From contig NC_068997.1 of NCBI RefSeq assembly GCF_001194135.2, forward strand, positions 32,993,169 to 33,040,074: DNA of 46,906 nt, read 5' to 3'. The notes under the pieces are model-generated. The model did not search any database. It was not told the origin of the DNA and saw nothing but the letters and a program-made list of their open reading frames with translations. A program made the position numbers and the translations under genes. This stretch comes from Octopus bimaculoides (lineage: Eukaryota). Below are positions 1 to 12,395 of this stretch, in pieces; position 1 is the stretch's first letter; each line of letters begins with the position of its first letter.

Positions 1-1043
1 ATTCAATGGATGCTCACATGGAAAGCCTTTTTAATGCAGTTCACCTGTGGTATCTTTTTGGAGATCTTAAAATAATTGCTGTGTTAATGGGCATGCAACG
101 AGACTCACCAAGCGCTGCTGTTTTCAATGCCTGTGGGACAGTCGTGTATTACAGAGCATTACAATAAAAGAGAATGGCCAACCAAGTCCTTATATATTTC
201 TGGAAGGAATAACATTCAATCAATTCCTTCCGATAATCCAAAGAAATATTTTTACTACCATTAAGTTTGGTTTAATGAGGATATTTGTGAAGGCGAGTGG
301 GTAAAAAAAAAAATCAAGAGCATTTCAATTTCCCTCGAAAATATTACCAAAATTAAGTGCTGCCAAACTTAAGGAGAGACTTTTTATAGAACCTCAAATC
401 CGCGAGGTATTAAAAGCTATTTGATGAAGCACACACAGTGCCCCAGCTGAAAACTTGGCATATCTTTAAATGGATCAGTGCTAAATCCTTACCAAATTAC
501 AGAACTCCTTTTCGAGAAACAGATTGGTGTTTTTAAAGCTAGATTGTCTCGAGTCTCTTCAATTACATTTCCTACATTTAAGCCAAATTTCTCTCATGGA
601 AATCTTAGTGCAATTAGTATTGAATTAGTATTGAATAACGGAAAACATTTCATCCTCAAACATTTCACTCTCTACAGAAGTTCACTCAAAGATTCTGGTT
701 TGAAAACACGATGGCAGACATTATTATAGCGTGTTGATCGAGTATTTGAAATCATTAATATTGCTATACGTGAACAATATGCCTTTTAATTGCTTCTTTA
801 TATTTTTGATTTACTGTACTTAAATTCATATTTTAAATATGAATTATTTTTGCTTATAATTTAAATTAATTTTGCTTTAATATCTATCGATTTGCTGTTT
901 TCCGTAGAGATAATTCTTTCAATTTAATTTCAAACATATTCATTGCTAGACGGTGAGGATAAGCAATCGACACCTCAGCATATATATTTCAGTTTCATAT
1001 TTTAAATATAGGTAAGTATATTCAATAAAGTATTTAAAGAGTG
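1..1043 (+). mobile_element. Degraded DDE DNA transposon, 3' half of transposase (Chapaev/Transib-related type)
   Basis: Frameshifted peptides at ~55-730: GDLKIIAVLMGMQ, TKRCCFQCLWDSR, EHYNKREWP, GLMRIFVKA, PKLSAAKLKE..FIEPQIREVL, SLQLHFL, MADYY. These match a family I recall as Chapaev3-like (family name from memory). A possible right end ...AAAGAGTG lies at 1043 (Chapaev termini are CAC..GTG). Confidence 0.6.
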
Positions 1044-1157
1044 ACACTATTCGATATTGAAAGTATTACGTAATTGTTTTCTGACACTAATTAATATCAA
1101 TATCACCATTTTTGAATGGTTAGTGATATTTTATTGGCGTACTTCAACTTTTACACG

Positions 1158-1158
<1 letters not shown>

Positions 1159-1215
<57 letters not shown>
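1159..1215. repeat. (CA)n microsatellite running into an assembly gap
   Basis: Perfect CA run ending at the N-run 1216-1876. Confidence 0.95.
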
Positions 1216-1876
1216 NNNNNNNNNNNNNNNNNNNNNNNNNNNNNNNNNNNNNNNNNNNNNNNNNNNNNNNNNNNNNNNNNNNNNNNNNNNNNNNNNNNNN
1301 NNNNNNNNNNNNNNNNNNNNNNNNNNNNNNNNNNNNNNNNNNNNNNNNNNNNNNNNNNNNNNNNNNNNNNNNNNNNNNNNNNNNNNNNNNNNNNNNNNNN
1401 NNNNNNNNNNNNNNNNNNNNNNNNNNNNNNNNNNNNNNNNNNNNNNNNNNNNNNNNNNNNNNNNNNNNNNNNNNNNNNNNNNNNNNNNNNNNNNNNNNNN
1501 NNNNNNNNNNNNNNNNNNNNNNNNNNNNNNNNNNNNNNNNNNNNNNNNNNNNNNNNNNNNNNNNNNNNNNNNNNNNNNNNNNNNNNNNNNNNNNNNNNNN
1601 NNNNNNNNNNNNNNNNNNNNNNNNNNNNNNNNNNNNNNNNNNNNNNNNNNNNNNNNNNNNNNNNNNNNNNNNNNNNNNNNNNNNNNNNNNNNNNNNNNNN
1701 NNNNNNNNNNNNNNNNNNNNNNNNNNNNNNNNNNNNNNNNNNNNNNNNNNNNNNNNNNNNNNNNNNNNNNNNNNNNNNNNNNNNNNNNNNNNNNNNNNNN
1801 NNNNNNNNNNNNNNNNNNNNNNNNNNNNNNNNNNNNNNNNNNNNNNNNNNNNNNNNNNNNNNNNNNNNNNNNNNNN
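1216..1876. other. Assembly gap (one of about 12)
   Basis: N-run. Other gaps: 2988-3666, 7165-7420, 9908-10279, 10714-10735, 11644-12205, 15160-15355, 18022-18185, 22899-22908, 23846-24374, 35595-36316, 38983-38992. Most abut (TA)n or (CA)n. Confidence 0.98.
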
Positions 1877-2897
1877 CGCGAGATCAACGAAACGTTTGGT
1901 TTGGAAATGACCAGTGAGTAGTCAGCTTGAAACTGGTTTAAACGATTTCGCACTGGAGACCTGAGCCTTGGAGGTCATGAGCGTAGTGGACGCCCATCTG
2001 TATCAATGACGGTCAATTAAAGACCATCATTAAGAAGAACCACGCAAAAACACTCGAGAACTTGCAAAAGAACTTCAAGTTAGCCAGAAAACTGCCTGCA
2101 ACCATTTGCATGCGATCGGATAATCAAAAGAGCTCGACAAATGGGTACCACACGATTTGAATTAAAATGAGAAAATGCGCAGATATGAAATTTGCTCGTC
2201 GCTTCTTCTCTGTAACCAGACCGATCCATTTCTCGACCGTATAGTAACTTGCGATGAAAAGTGTATTCTGTATAATAATCAAAAACGTTCTTCGCAATGG
2301 TTGGATCAATATGAAGCACCGGAAACCTTCCCTAAACCCGTGCTCTTCAAAGAGAAGGTTACGGTGACCGTTTGGTGGTGTAAAGATAGACTCATGCACT
2401 ATAACTGCTTAAAACCCAGCAAAAAAAAACATTACTGCAGAATCATGTTGCCATGAAATTGCCAAAATGAACGAAAAACAGCTACTCCTTCGTCCCAGAC
2501 TGGTCAACAAAACAGGGTCAATCATTCTTTATGACAATGCTCAACCACACATTTCACTAATGACGCTCCATAAGTTCAGGGAATTCGGCTATGAAGTTCT
2601 TCCCCACCCAGCTTATTCCCCAGACCTTTCTCCTACCGAGTAACACTTTTTCAAGCACTTTGATGGTTTCCTGCAAGAGAAGGAGTTCAAAAATCAAACC
2701 AAGTGCCTTCTAAAAATTCATCAGCTCCAGAACTCCAGATTTTTATGTTACTGGAATAAACAAACTTGTAACTTGTTGGCAAAAATGTGTTGATTGTAAT
2801 GGTACTTACTTTGATGAATAAAATTCCCGCATTGTTGAAATATATTGTGATGAATTTCATGTTTCAAAACGTTGCTTACTTTTTACTAAGCCTGATA
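1877..2897 (+). mobile_element. mariner-like element (Hsmar1/cecropia-like), pseudogenised transposase, 5' end lost in gap
   Basis: Motifs WFKRFRTGD, KWVPHDL, RIVTCDEK, ILYDNAQPH, HPAYSPDLSPTE*HFF and WQKCVDCNGTYFDE* (stop ~2819-2821), with stops and frameshifts. Right TIR ...CTTACTTTTTACTAAGCCTGA followed by TA at 2896-2897. Confidence 0.9.
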
Positions 2898-2898
2898 T

Positions 2899-2987
2899 CT
2901 CTTTACTCTTTTACTCTTTTACTTGTTTCAGTCATTTGACTGTGGTAATGCTGGAGCTACGCCTTTAGTCGAACAAATCGACCCCAG
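2899..2987 (-). mobile_element. SINE 3' tail fragment (GGGGTCGAT..GACTGAAACAAGTAAAAG family)
   Basis: Reverse complement of the tail seen at 10321-10529 and 12396-12600; cut by a gap. Confidence 0.8.
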
Positions 2988-3666
2988 NNNNNNNNNNNNN
3001 NNNNNNNNNNNNNNNNNNNNNNNNNNNNNNNNNNNNNNNNNNNNNNNNNNNNNNNNNNNNNNNNNNNNNNNNNNNNNNNNNNNNNNNNNNNNNNNNNNNN
3101 NNNNNNNNNNNNNNNNNNNNNNNNNNNNNNNNNNNNNNNNNNNNNNNNNNNNNNNNNNNNNNNNNNNNNNNNNNNNNNNNNNNNNNNNNNNNNNNNNNNN
3201 NNNNNNNNNNNNNNNNNNNNNNNNNNNNNNNNNNNNNNNNNNNNNNNNNNNNNNNNNNNNNNNNNNNNNNNNNNNNNNNNNNNNNNNNNNNNNNNNNNNN
3301 NNNNNNNNNNNNNNNNNNNNNNNNNNNNNNNNNNNNNNNNNNNNNNNNNNNNNNNNNNNNNNNNNNNNNNNNNNNNNNNNNNNNNNNNNNNNNNNNNNNN
3401 NNNNNNNNNNNNNNNNNNNNNNNNNNNNNNNNNNNNNNNNNNNNNNNNNNNNNNNNNNNNNNNNNNNNNNNNNNNNNNNNNNNNNNNNNNNNNNNNNNNN
3501 NNNNNNNNNNNNNNNNNNNNNNNNNNNNNNNNNNNNNNNNNNNNNNNNNNNNNNNNNNNNNNNNNNNNNNNNNNNNNNNNNNNNNNNNNNNNNNNNNNNN
3601 NNNNNNNNNNNNNNNNNNNNNNNNNNNNNNNNNNNNNNNNNNNNNNNNNNNNNNNNNNNNNNNNNN

Positions 3667-3698
<32 letters not shown>

Positions 3699-3892
3699 TT
3701 GTTAACAAAAACAACATCTTTAAATGATTATTCCGACCGGCTGCCAAGTAAATGAGAAGCAGTAATTGAAGTAGATGGTGAGTATGCTCCGGAATAATCA
3801 TTTAAAGATGTTTTTGTTAAATGTTCTTATTGTTTTTGTTGAATAAAATTTATTGAAAACAAGCCGCAATAATTATGCACAAACCTAATATA

Positions 3893-5068
3893 TCTATAAT
3901 ATAAATTGAAGTTGGCCGACCGTTGTATTCTTTCTTGTCTTGAGTTTCACGGCCAAACAACTGGGTGGATTCGCATGAAAAATGGCACACATGTGGAGAC
4001 GGGTGCATAGGTTGGAACGTGCTTTCTATTTTTTTCTACTCCCTATACTTACAGAGAAAATAGATTAAAACAACCTGCGTGCGTGCGTGTATGTGAGTGT
4101 GTGTCACTGAAGCCATTCATACATATATACATATTAATAAATAAATAAACTGAATACTAAATTTCAGTTATCTCTCTCTCTCTCTTTCTTTCTTTCTCTC
4201 TCTCACATATACACATACACCATCAACATTACTCTCTCTGGCGCACACACCCCATAAAACATACACACTCGCACACACAGAGACATACGCACGCACATCA
4301 ATTCTCCCCTCTCACCACAACTTCAAAAGAAGTTCAGTCATAAAACTGTCCATGTATCTTCATTCGATGCCCACTTCAAAAGATCACCTTTCCTTTTCAC
4401 TTGTCCGGCCATTGATCGAGAGATAAAACTCAAACCAACTCCTGCTAAATGCAAAAAAAAAAAAACCCCGCAAAAATTAAAAAAACATACACACACAAAC
4501 AGACATTTCATGTCTTTCAGTTTCTCTATGATTTTACACGCGTCGAAAACAATAGCTTTTACATACATTTTAATGTTCAACAGGTATGTATCAATTTCTA
4601 TAATATAAATTGTTTTTTAAGTCAATGACACACAAATTCACTCACTCACTCTATCTCTCTTTCTTACCCTCTTTCTCTGTCACATACACGCGCGCGCGCG
4701 CGCGTCCATTTCATATATCTTTCAATTTCTGCTCTGCAAATAAAATTTTTACGGATAAAACTGCTTACAAAAATTGCGATTAATTTATAATTTCTTTCTA
4801 TGTTCATAATTAAATAAATCTTTTAATGATTAGACAGACGTCCAATAGAATAGCTCTCAGAAACAGACTACGTACAAATTCTTTCTTCACAACTCCTGAA
4901 GCCATTTTCTGACAGGAGGGTGTGAAATCTTCATACAGCTAGAGGCTCCAATCGAAACGGGACACGAAATGATAAGGTTGAGAAACGCTGTTATAGATTA
5001 TGCCTAACCGAAAACAATTACAGCCACATCATCCAAACAGACCGGGTGAAACTGGGTTTAACTGCAAG
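3893..5068 (+). mobile_element. Non-autonomous Helitron, tandem unit 1
   Basis: Starts A|TCTATAATATAAATT and ends ACCGGGTGAAACTGGGTTTAACTGCAAG (hairpin plus CTAG-like end). The first ~150 bp and last ~380 bp recur in unit 2. Confidence 0.7.
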
Positions 5069-5777
5069 TATAATATAAATTGGACATGGGTGATTGTTGT
5101 ATTCTTTTTTGTCTTGAGATTTACAGCCAAATGACTGGGTGGATTAGCATGAAAAATAGCACACATGTAGAGACGGGTGCATAGATTGTGCTGCGGTTTG
5201 TATTTTTTCTCTAGCCCCAGTTACCGAGAAAATCGATTAAAACTTTTCTAATGGAATTCCCCTGTTTCTTCCGCCATTAAAACAACCAGTTGTTCACACA
5301 GCCGGCATATACCATTTCGCTAGCAACAAGGGGAGTACAAGATGACAGTCAGCCAACACTTTCGCTATGCTGTCTCTCTTCTTTCACCTCTGTGTGGGGT
5401 TAATAATCTTAATCTTTTGTTACAGTTTCCCATTCAAACTACATAACATGCAGAATTGTCGGATTAAGACAGTAGGGTGTTTTGAGGGAGATTTGGCTGC
5501 TATTTCTACCAGGTATAGAGGTCTGAACTTAATTTTCATTCACATATTTGCATTTCAAAAATTTAACATAATCCTTTCCATAATTCAACTATCGTAAAAA
5601 TTTTATACGATGACCTCACATTTTCTATGTATGTGTGTGTACCTTGAAAGACGTCAATCATCACGACACACACCTTCACTCACTCACTCCATCTCTCTTT
5701 CTGACCCTCTTTCTCTCTCACATACACACACGCAAGCATGCACGAACGCATGCACACACACACACACACACATACAC

Positions 5778-5813
<36 letters not shown>

Positions 5814-6191
5814 CCATTTCATATATCTTCTTTCAATTTCTGCTCTCTGCAAATAAAATTTTTACGGATACAACTGCTTACAAAAATAGAGATTAATGTA
5901 TAATTTCTTTCTATGTTCATAACTAAACCAATGTTTTAATGATTAGACAGAGGTCCAATAGAATAGCTCTCAGAAACAGACTACGTACAAATTCGTTCTT
6001 CACAACTCCTGAAGCTGCTTTCTGACAAGGGGGGGGGGAGTAAGGAAATGTTCATATAGCTGGAGGCTCCAAGCGAAACAGGAGACCCGAAATGATAAGG
6101 TTGAGAAACGCTGTTATAGATTATTCCTAACCGAAAACGATCACAGCCACATCATCCAAACAGACCGGGTGAAACCGGGCTTAGCTGCTAG
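5069..6191 (+). mobile_element. Non-autonomous Helitron, tandem unit 2
   Basis: Starts TATAATATAAATT directly after unit 1 and ends ACCGGGTGAAACCGGGCTTAGCTGCTAG (CTAG at 6188-6191). Confidence 0.75.
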
Positions 6192-6210
6192 CATATATAT
6201 ATATATTTAT

Positions 6211-6270
6211 GGAGGTGCAATTGCCCATTGGTTAGGGCAGCGGACTCGCAGTCGGAGAATTTTCGTTTTA
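6211..6270 (+). mobile_element. Truncated tRNA-derived SINE head
   Basis: GGAGGTGCAATTGCCCATTGGTTAGGGCAGCGGACTCGC matches the start of the SINE at 18246. Confidence 0.65.
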
Positions 6271-6293
6271 CTTTATCTGTCTATTTTCCCTCA

Positions 6294-6400
<107 letters not shown>

Positions 6401-6516
6401 GTTCTCTCTCTGTCTTCCTTTCTCCCTTTCTCTCTCTCTTTCTCTTCTTCTTTCTCCCTTTGTCTCGCTTTCTTTCTTTCTCCCTCTCTCTTTCCCTCAC
6501 TAAAAGAACAACTCAA

Positions 6517-7163
6517 TTGACAGTGTTGTTGATGATCAGGATAGTGTTAACTACCCCTTCGAATTTTTGAACTCATTACAACCACCAGGTACAGTTTCCC
6601 ATTGTCTTCAGCTGAAAAAAGGCACTCCTACTATGCTATTGCGTAATTTGTCTCAGCCAAAATTATGCAATGGTACAAGATTAATTGTGCACAAACTTAT
6701 GAGGAACTGTATTGAGGTAAATATTCTCACTGGTTCTGGTAAAGGTGACACCGCCTTCATTCCTCACATACTAGTTACACCATCTAGAGTCCCGTTCCAA
6801 TTTAAACGGTTACAGTTTCCTATCCGAGTTTCTTTTGCTATGAGCATTAATAAAAGTCAAGGCCAAACACTAAAAGTTGCTGGATTGCAACTTCAACAGC
6901 CATGCTTTTCACATGGCATCACGTGTGGGAGCAAAAGCAAATCTTTTTGCTTATGCACCATAAAATAAAACTAAAAACATTGTTTATAAAGAAATATTCA
7001 CTCTTAATGCAACATCAATACTTCAATAACTTAATTTCCCATTACTATCATTACATTCAAGAATGACTAAATTACCTATTTCAATGAACTGTATTATATA
7101 ATTGCCATTACTGTATTGATAAATATAATAAAAAATAAAACTCACTATTGTCATATAATAAAC
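6517..7163 (+). mobile_element. Helitron Pif1-like helicase C-terminal fragment plus 3' region, copy A
   Basis: Peptide [66 protein letters not shown] carries the Pif1/RepHel helicase C-terminal motifs. Confidence 0.9.
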
Positions 7164-7420
7164 ANNNNNNNNNNNNNNNNNNNNNNNNNNNNNNNNNNNN
7201 NNNNNNNNNNNNNNNNNNNNNNNNNNNNNNNNNNNNNNNNNNNNNNNNNNNNNNNNNNNNNNNNNNNNNNNNNNNNNNNNNNNNNNNNNNNNNNNNNNNN
7301 NNNNNNNNNNNNNNNNNNNNNNNNNNNNNNNNNNNNNNNNNNNNNNNNNNNNNNNNNNNNNNNNNNNNNNNNNNNNNNNNNNNNNNNNNNNNNNNNNNNN
7401 NNNNNNNNNNNNNNNNNNNN

Positions 7421-8362
7421 ACAGTTTCTTACACTCAATGCAATATATAATTCAACTGATTCCGTCGATGATTTGCTGTATGAAACCTTTCCTAATCTTC
7501 TTCATAGTTACAACAATACAGATTACATCGGTGACAGAGCTATCCTGGCTCCAAAAAAATGTTCCTCTACATACCATTAATTGACAGTGTTGTTGATGAT
7601 CAGGATTGTGTCAACTACTCCATCGAATTCTTTAACTCACTAGAACCACCAGGTACAGCTCTTCATTGTCTTCAGTTGAAAAAGGGGACTCCTATTTTGC
7701 TATTACATATTTTGTCTCAACCAAAATTATGCAATGGTACAAGATTAATTGTGCACAAACTTCATTGACACAAACATTTTCACTGTTTGTAGTAACGGCT
7801 TATGTACCCTGAAATAAGACAAAAAACATTGTTTATAAAGAAATATTCACTCTTAATGCAACATGAATACTTCAATAACTTCATTTACCATTACTATCAT
7901 TACATTCAAGAATGAGTAAATTACCTATTTCAATGAAATGTATTATATAACTGTCATTACTGTATTGATAGAAAAAGTTACACATATATCTCACTTATTA
8001 TTATCATGCCATAAACAAACAGAACTTTATGTATAAAAGTGATCTTTTTTCTACTACATGTTTTTCTCTTATAAAAATATTATATCATTGCTATTACTGT
8101 AAAGATAAATAAAATAACACATACAATTATTATTGTCATATTATTGTCACTTATTATTGTCGTATCATAAACAAACAGAAGTTCATGTATGATATTTCAT
8201 GTATGATATTAATCTTTCTTCTGCTTCAATTATTACATGGGTTTCTCTTCTAAAAATACACACATGCAGGATGAGTAAATTATACATATAATAATACTTT
8301 CAATATGGCTCCCGATAAACAGCAAAAGTAATTACCCGATCAATGACGAGTTTTACTGCTAG
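7421..8362 (+). mobile_element. Helitron helicase fragment with 3' terminus, copy B (internally deleted)
   Basis: DRAILAPK and [33 protein letters not shown]. Region 7815-7975 repeats 6965-7120. Ends with a decayed hairpin and TTTACTGCTAG|T (CTAG at 8359-8362). Confidence 0.85.
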
Positions 8363-8366
8363 TATA

Positions 8367-8432
<66 letters not shown>

Positions 8433-8452
8433 TGTGTGTGTCTGTGTGTGTG

Positions 8453-9183
8453 TCTTAATAATACTAAAATTCCAGTGATGTTTGTGTGTAGCCGAAATAT
8501 CTCAGAAGTAGCATATTTAATTTAATTTTGTTTTTGCATATTTTTTTTCATATTTGTCTTCGGCAGTGCAGTACGAATTTTTATGACATTTGGACCTCTA
8601 GTTATTAATGAAAACGAGTAAACACAATTTTTGTGTTTACTTGTGACGTCAACACACATACACACATACAGAATACACACAAACACACGTCCGCTTTCTG
8701 TAACATATACACACGCATAGTCTTCGCGCTCTCTAAGAAAAAATAACGTCGATTTTTTGACGTACACAATATTTTAATCATTTAAAAATATTTTTAACTG
8801 AATGTGATTTCAAAAATACAAGTTGTTTGTACAGTAAGTACTTATATTTTAGCTTTCTTTAAACACAATATATTAATGGTTTTTTTAAAGTTATTTTTAA
8901 GTCGTTAATTCCAGTAAGAAATTTTTATTTAGTTACTTTTGTTTTAAAGAGACGAGAAAGTGCAAGATGTATGTACGTGTATATGAAATGGACGTGTGTG
9001 TGTGAAAGAGAGAGAGGGAGAGAGAGAGAGAGAGGAAGAGGGAGAGTGAGTGAAGGGATGTGTTGTCATACGTACTTACATCAATACATATGCGTACATC
9101 TTTTTTGCATGGGCGTGTGCTTGTGGATGTGTGTGTAAGAGAGAGAGAGTGAGTGAGTGAACGTGTGTATTCTCATGTGGCAC

Positions 9184-9230
<47 letters not shown>

Positions 9231-9709
9231 TCCATTTCATATGCACGTTCATATATCTTTCACTTTCTTCTCTCTTTCACTTTAAAACAAATGTAAATAA
9301 ATAAAACATTTTTACGGAAATTAGCGAACAAAATCAGCTGATCCGGATGACAGTTCTGAGAGTCAAAACGAAAGATCGCCCCAAAGGAAATCCATTTCAA
9401 AAAGGTTTTCAAGTGCATTCAACGTATCTCAGCTTCAAAGATTTGGCTGCTATTTCTAGCACACCCTTCTACCATGTTACGGTTATTTGCGATAAAGGAC
9501 CCGAAATACTTGTTGCATGGTACTAGGCGTGTAAGAAATAGCAGGCAAATATTTCCTTTTCCGGGGAAAGGAGCCGTTTATGCATAATTTCGATAGCTCA
9601 TTCGTTGAAAGCATTCGCAAACCTGGGGGGAAAAAAACACATAAAACAAAACTCTGTTACTGGGAAACTCAGATATTCCAGATGATCCAACGGGTCAAGG
9701 GTAGTCTAG
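8453..9709 (+). mobile_element. Probable non-autonomous Helitron followed head-to-tail by another 5' end
   Basis: Starts TCTTAATAATACTAAAA, shares the CCATTTCATAT..TTTTTACGGA module with units 1 and 2, and ends GGGTAGTCTAG. TCTATATATATTGTATAAAAG follows immediately at 9710. Confidence 0.5.
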
Positions 9710-10279
9710 TCTATATATATTGTATAAAAGATCGTGGGTAAGGCCAAAACAATGCGAAATAAATGCAAGGTAAATCACAAGAAAACAAATATGTGAATTA
9801 ATGTAAACTTACCTTGTATTCAATATTTCGGGGTTATGACCTCATTTTCAAGAAATTGACGAATGTTGCCGATGTGCGTGTGTATATATATATATATATA
9901 TATATATNNNNNNNNNNNNNNNNNNNNNNNNNNNNNNNNNNNNNNNNNNNNNNNNNNNNNNNNNNNNNNNNNNNNNNNNNNNNNNNNNNNNNNNNNNNNN
10001 NNNNNNNNNNNNNNNNNNNNNNNNNNNNNNNNNNNNNNNNNNNNNNNNNNNNNNNNNNNNNNNNNNNNNNNNNNNNNNNNNNNNNNNNNNNNNNNNNNNN
10101 NNNNNNNNNNNNNNNNNNNNNNNNNNNNNNNNNNNNNNNNNNNNNNNNNNNNNNNNNNNNNNNNNNNNNNNNNNNNNNNNNNNNNNNNNNNNNNNNNNNN
10201 NNNNNNNNNNNNNNNNNNNNNNNNNNNNNNNNNNNNNNNNNNNNNNNNNNNNNNNNNNNNNNNNNNNNNNNNNNNNNNN

Positions 10280-10310
<31 letters not shown>

Positions 10311-10320
10311 CATGTATATG

Positions 10321-10529
10321 TTTGTGTGTCTGTGTTTGTCCCCCCATGATCGCCTGATAGCCGATGTTGGTGTGCTTACGTCTGCGTAACTTAAAGGCTC
10401 GGCAAAAGTGACTGATAGCATAAGCACCAGGCTTACAAAGAATAAGTCCTGGGGTCGATTAGTTCGACTAAAGGCGGTGCCCCAGCATGGCCGCAGTTAA
10501 ATGACTGAAACAAGTATAAGAATAAAAGA
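10321..10529 (+). mobile_element. SINE 3' part following a microsatellite
   Basis: GTGTCTGTGTTTGTCCCCC..AATAAGTCCTGGGGTCGATTAGTTCGACTAAAGGCGGTG..GACTGAAACAAGTA, repeated elsewhere in the window. Confidence 0.85.
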
Positions 10530-10837
10530 CTAGAAGAATATATATTATTGATTATTCATGTGTATCAATCTTCTATTTAAATAAATTAAATTTAGAAAAT
10601 AATAGGCATAACTTAGGGAATTGATTGTTTATAAAATGAAAGCCATTAGCTTTACAATGAAAAGACATTTTCATTGTAAAGTAAATGAATTTGAACTTTA
10701 GATTCACATTCTTNNNNNNNNNNNNNNNNNNNNNNATATATATATAGATAGATAGATAGATAGATAGATAGATGACAGATAGATAAATAGAGAGAGATAC
10801 AGATATACGTATATATGCATATATATGTGTGTGTATG

Positions 10838-10874
<37 letters not shown>

Positions 10875-12230
10875 ATATATATATATATATAAGCAAAACA
10901 CAAGGTGTGTCTGTGTTAGTTCGTGGGTCGGCTGCATTTTAGTCGTAAAAAATATAAATTCTCAATGCGTCTGGTATTAAAAACACCTGAAAGTAAGTCA
11001 TAGGCAAGCGAAACAAAACACATCTGACCCTTTCTCAGAGCGAAAGACATCGATGTTTCGACATTGATGTGATTTTTCAATACTGCGTACCGAGCAAGGC
11101 CTAGCAGCAAGCCATATCGCCGACTATGACAATATGCTAAAAGGTTTAAAAATTATCTGCTGCTATGTCCCCACGCTTCTGTGTGAATGTTTGTGGGTCG
11201 GCTTCGGCTTGTGGTGGCGAGCGCGTAAATTTAGGCGTTCGCCACCACAACCTCTTTTAGTTTTACAGCCCTCCCTGTTTGTTTTCACTTTCCTGCTTGT
11301 GTTACCAATTTTGACCCTCCTCAAAATCCCAAATTTTATTTATTTTGCTTTGCGGGAGCAACTGTTTTATCGAAAGCGTATATTGTTGTTAAATGCTCGA
11401 AATGTGAGAGCAGAAAAACAGCCAACAACTGATGAAAGGTTGTTTTTTGTGTTGTTTGTCTTGTTTTCCATTTGTGTCTTTCGTTGTTCGAAAAAATAGT
11501 TCATATTCCATGTACTCGTACTTCGTATTTTTTGCTGTATACATTTCGTGACGTTCTGTACCCACATATGCATACATATATATTTATACGTATAGATGTA
11601 AGCATGTACGTATACGTGTATATATATATATATATATATATATNNNNNNNNNNNNNNNNNNNNNNNNNNNNNNNNNNNNNNNNNNNNNNNNNNNNNNNNN
11701 NNNNNNNNNNNNNNNNNNNNNNNNNNNNNNNNNNNNNNNNNNNNNNNNNNNNNNNNNNNNNNNNNNNNNNNNNNNNNNNNNNNNNNNNNNNNNNNNNNNN
11801 NNNNNNNNNNNNNNNNNNNNNNNNNNNNNNNNNNNNNNNNNNNNNNNNNNNNNNNNNNNNNNNNNNNNNNNNNNNNNNNNNNNNNNNNNNNNNNNNNNNN
11901 NNNNNNNNNNNNNNNNNNNNNNNNNNNNNNNNNNNNNNNNNNNNNNNNNNNNNNNNNNNNNNNNNNNNNNNNNNNNNNNNNNNNNNNNNNNNNNNNNNNN
12001 NNNNNNNNNNNNNNNNNNNNNNNNNNNNNNNNNNNNNNNNNNNNNNNNNNNNNNNNNNNNNNNNNNNNNNNNNNNNNNNNNNNNNNNNNNNNNNNNNNNN
12101 NNNNNNNNNNNNNNNNNNNNNNNNNNNNNNNNNNNNNNNNNNNNNNNNNNNNNNNNNNNNNNNNNNNNNNNNNNNNNNNNNNNNNNNNNNNNNNNNNNNN
12201 NNNNNTATATATATATATATATATATATAT

Positions 12231-12391
12231 GAAGGCTTCTTTCAGTTTCCGTCTACCAAATCCACTCACAAGGCTTTGGTCGGCCCGAGGCTATAGTAGA
12301 AGACACTTGCCCAAGGTGCCACGCAGTGGGACTGAACCCGGAACCATGTGGCTGGTAGGCAAGCTACTTACCACACAGCCACTCGTGCGCC
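12231..12391 (-). mobile_element. tRNA-derived SINE head with CORE-like segment
   Basis: Minus strand GGCGCACGAGTGGCTGTGTGGTAAG (box A), GGTTCAGTCCC (box B) and CACCTTGGGCAAGTG (CORE-like). Related heads at 22730, 34862 and 39060. Confidence 0.85.
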
Positions 12392-12395
12392 TATG

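Noticed and set aside
2175-2456. SETMAR-like host gene
   Set aside because: No SET domain; the transposase has stops and frameshifts and is bounded by a TIR, so it is an ordinary dead mariner.
6567-6968. Host PIF1 helicase gene
   Set aside because: Intronless duplicated fragment among Helitron termini, followed by a CTAG end; Helitron-derived.
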